Source: Blepharisma stoltei ATCC 30299
Lineage: Eukaryota; Protista; Ciliophora
Length of the DNA: 64,000 nt
Assembly: GCA_965603825.1 (NCBI GenBank)
Contig: CBFDEM010000027.1
Location: 620,001-684,000, forward strand
Direction of reading: 5' to 3'
The notes beneath the pieces were generated by a model that made no database searches, had not been told where the DNA came from, and saw only the letters and a program-made list of their open reading frames with translations. This document shows positions 61,354 through 64,000 of this stretch, piece after piece. Positions within the stretch are counted from its first letter, which is position 1; each line of letters starts with the position of its first letter. Made by a program: the position numbers and the translations under genes.

Positions 61354-62739
61354 TTATTTTTGTGTATTTTGTCTTGTTTCTTTTAGCATGAAGGAGCATG
61401 AAGCACAAATAAGGAAAACCATTCCAAAAAATACCAGCGATATTTCATGGCCATTTTTTCAATCAAGAACTACCCCCGCTAATAGAGGGCCAGTAAGAGA
61501 CCCCACTCCCGAAGATGCTAAAAAGACGCCTTGAGCAGTGTTTTCTACCTCAATAGGATAGCTTTCTACTGCAAATAAAAACAAAGATGCATATGAAAGG
61601 GTGTTTACTCCCATCAAAACTGAAGTTATAATTATGATCTAAATAAAAATTACGAGAATCGGCTGCTTTATAAAAGCAAATAAAATCACTGCCAAAGACA
61701 TAATAATTTGACAATAAACCAATGTATATTTTCTGCCTAGTTTTGAATTAACTAAATAAGGTGCGAAAAATAAGCATGGAAATCCAGCTAAGTTTTGGAT
61801 TGCGATTATAATTCAACTTAAAATTACGGGAAATTGGCTTAGGTATTCGGGCATAAACATAACTACACTTACTGTTGCAAAACTCGTAGTAAAAAATACC
61901 AAACAAAAAAATATTGTTGATCTGACAAAGGTTTTAGAAAATAGCATTTTTATATGGCTTTTTGGCTGCGAAGGAATTCCATTTTCGTTCATTTCACAAT
62001 CATACTGTAAATTTATTGGAATTAGTCCATCTTTCCCATTATAAGTTTGGATTTTTTTCAAAATTTCTTCGGCTTTAGAATATTTTTTGTGGACAACTAA
62101 AAATCCGGGTGTCTCGTCCATATCGATTTTTAAGATAGAAATAATTAGATTGCAAAAAAAATTTATTATTGCAATCATTTTTCAATTTTCAATATATTGA
62201 GAATTAAATATTTCAATCAATACAGCTGCTAAGCAAAAAATTACCCCGCCACTTGGAGCTCCTAAATTTAGCCTAGGCATTAAATTCAAATTTTCTGTTG
62301 GGCAAAATTCCTTAAAAGTCACAGAGATTAGAGCTAAATGCCCAATCACCCCAAATCCAAAGAAAAATAATAATATAGTAAGCCCTATGTAATTTTCCGA
62401 AAAAATTATAATAAAGCAAGAAAACACTATAACAATTGAGTCTATTTTCATTGCGAAAGTGCGGCCATAATGATCAGATAAGGAGCCTCATAGATAAGAC
62501 CCTACAATGCAGCCCAGTTGAAACATTGTGCTCATAATACCCTTTTCCTTATTTGAGATTCCTCATTCATTTTCAAGATCTGATGCATAATAGCTAGGAG
62601 TAATGACTAGGCTTTGAAAGCTCATGTATGACTAATTTAAAGTTACCAGAAAACATTGCTGGAAAATATACCATTGATATTTTCCCCAACCTATTTGGTC
62701 GATGTAATGTGAAGCTAAATCATCAGTAGTTTCTGCCAT
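61354..62739 (-). CDS. MFS transporter, SV2/SVOP-like (paralog A)
   Basis: IGWGKYQ, LSDHYGR, EFCP, ETP, LGRK, ESYP, LKETR; introns 62632-62646 and 61639-61653. Confidence 0.88.
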
Positions 62740-62874
62740 TGAGAATTTTCAATAATAGAATTTGATTTTTATTTAAATTTTACTGAAAAAAATTATTTGG
62801 GCCGAAATCTAAAAAGCTTAAGCATAAATACTTTTTTGAGGCAGTAAAAGACAGCTAAAGAGAATTTATAAGGC

Positions 62875-64000
62875 CTAATTTTTAATAATTAATCCTTCTT
62901 TTGTAATTATTGGCCTAGTTTCTTTTAAAAATAATGCACAGACTGCTCCAATTAAGAAAGCGACTGCGAATATTGCAAAGGCAAGCTCTTCACCACCTTC
63001 TGTGTCTAGAAGTGGGCCAGCAATCAATGGAGCTATAACTCCTGCAGCTCTTGAGCTTGAAAGAAATAACCCTTCAGCTGTGCTTCTAACTTCTGAAGGA
63101 AAGGATTCTGGAGCCATTGTGAATAAAGCTCCATAAGCTGTAGAACTGATGCCTGCCCATATAGAAGAAACTATGATAATCTATATTATTAGTACCGAAA
63201 CGAAATTTTTTGAAAAAATAAACAAAAATGATGCAAAAGCTGTTATAAGCAGTGAAATTGATAATGTGTGTTTTCTTCCTAATTTTGTGTCAATCATATA
63301 AGCAGAAAGGTATGCGCATGGAATACCTACTCCTTGTTGCACACAAATTATTATATATTTTACTACAAAATTGTACTGGCTAAGAAATTTTGGCATAAAT
63401 AAGATAAAGCTCCAATATCCAAAAAGAATCATAAAAAATATTGTGGACATAAGCAGTGTTGATTTGATATGTTCTCTATTAAATATAACATGAAGTCTGG
63501 TTTCTTTTTTTTTCTGCACAGGATTTATGACTTCTTCTATTGTTTCATATTCGCTAGAGAATTTATTTTCTTTTGCTATTTTATGCAAAGTTTCATTAGC
63601 TTTGTGAAATTGTAGTTTTGTGCAATGATATTCTGGACATTCATCTAAATCCAGTCTTGGTATGGCCACGAGAATTTGATAAAAAAATATCAAACCAGCC
63701 ATAAATAGCCAATTAGCTAAATAATTGCTATTAATTCAGTAGATAATAATAGCACAAATCGCAAAAAATGATCCTCCCGCATACCAGCCACTTGTTAATT
63801 TTGTCATATAGTTTAAGTTCTGTTCTGGGCAAAATTCTTCAAAAACTACAGGCAAAATAACAATTTCCGCAATATTCCCAACTCCTGAAATAAAACACAG
63901 CACCAAAAGCATTGGAAAATTTGAGGAAAATAGTCATATAAAACTCGAAAAGACAAGTAAGAGCGCATTGATTTTTAAGCTGAAAATTCTACCAAAATTG
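62875..64000 (-). CDS. MFS transporter, SV2/SVOP-like (paralog B); 5' end outside the window
   Basis: EEFCPE, LGRK, PESFPSEVRSTAEG, LKETR; intron 63181-63195 at the same position as in paralog A. Confidence 0.88.

Overview
This is eukaryotic nuclear DNA, not prokaryotic: gene-dense, AT-rich sequence of a heterotrich ciliate macronucleus. Two features point to Blepharisma or a close relative. First, UGA is read as Trp, sitting at invariant Trp positions and swapping with TGG between paralogs. Second, there are fifteen 15-nt GT...AG introns, all with A at position 10. The supplied ORF track is therefore fragmented; re-reading with TGA=W and removing the introns gives about 36 genes. Most are housekeeping (GSII, eL13, XPF, TAF6, kinesin, PI4K, PDI, DENND6, ACAP, COQ9, STIMATE, ZIP and MFS transporters). 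Stand-outs: (1) a rearranged locus at 7.4-17 kb with an intact 1010-aa bacterial-type AAA-ATPase/PD-(D/E)XK nuclease gene carrying an apparently dead Ulp1/CE-clan protease-like N-terminal domain, tandemly duplicated with glutamine synthetase, with reciprocal pseudogenisation and an inserted inverted PDI fragment; (2) a 1792-aa adenylate kinase x3 / FHA x2 / pseudo-CDPK / EF-hand fusion; (3) a 33-nt intron in a KH protein gene; (4) tandem stand-alone NPC1 N-terminal-domain genes; (5) a perfect 47 x 9-bp minisatellite inside a stop-riddled coding-like island ending in twin hairpins. All family calls are by motif recognition; no searches were run.
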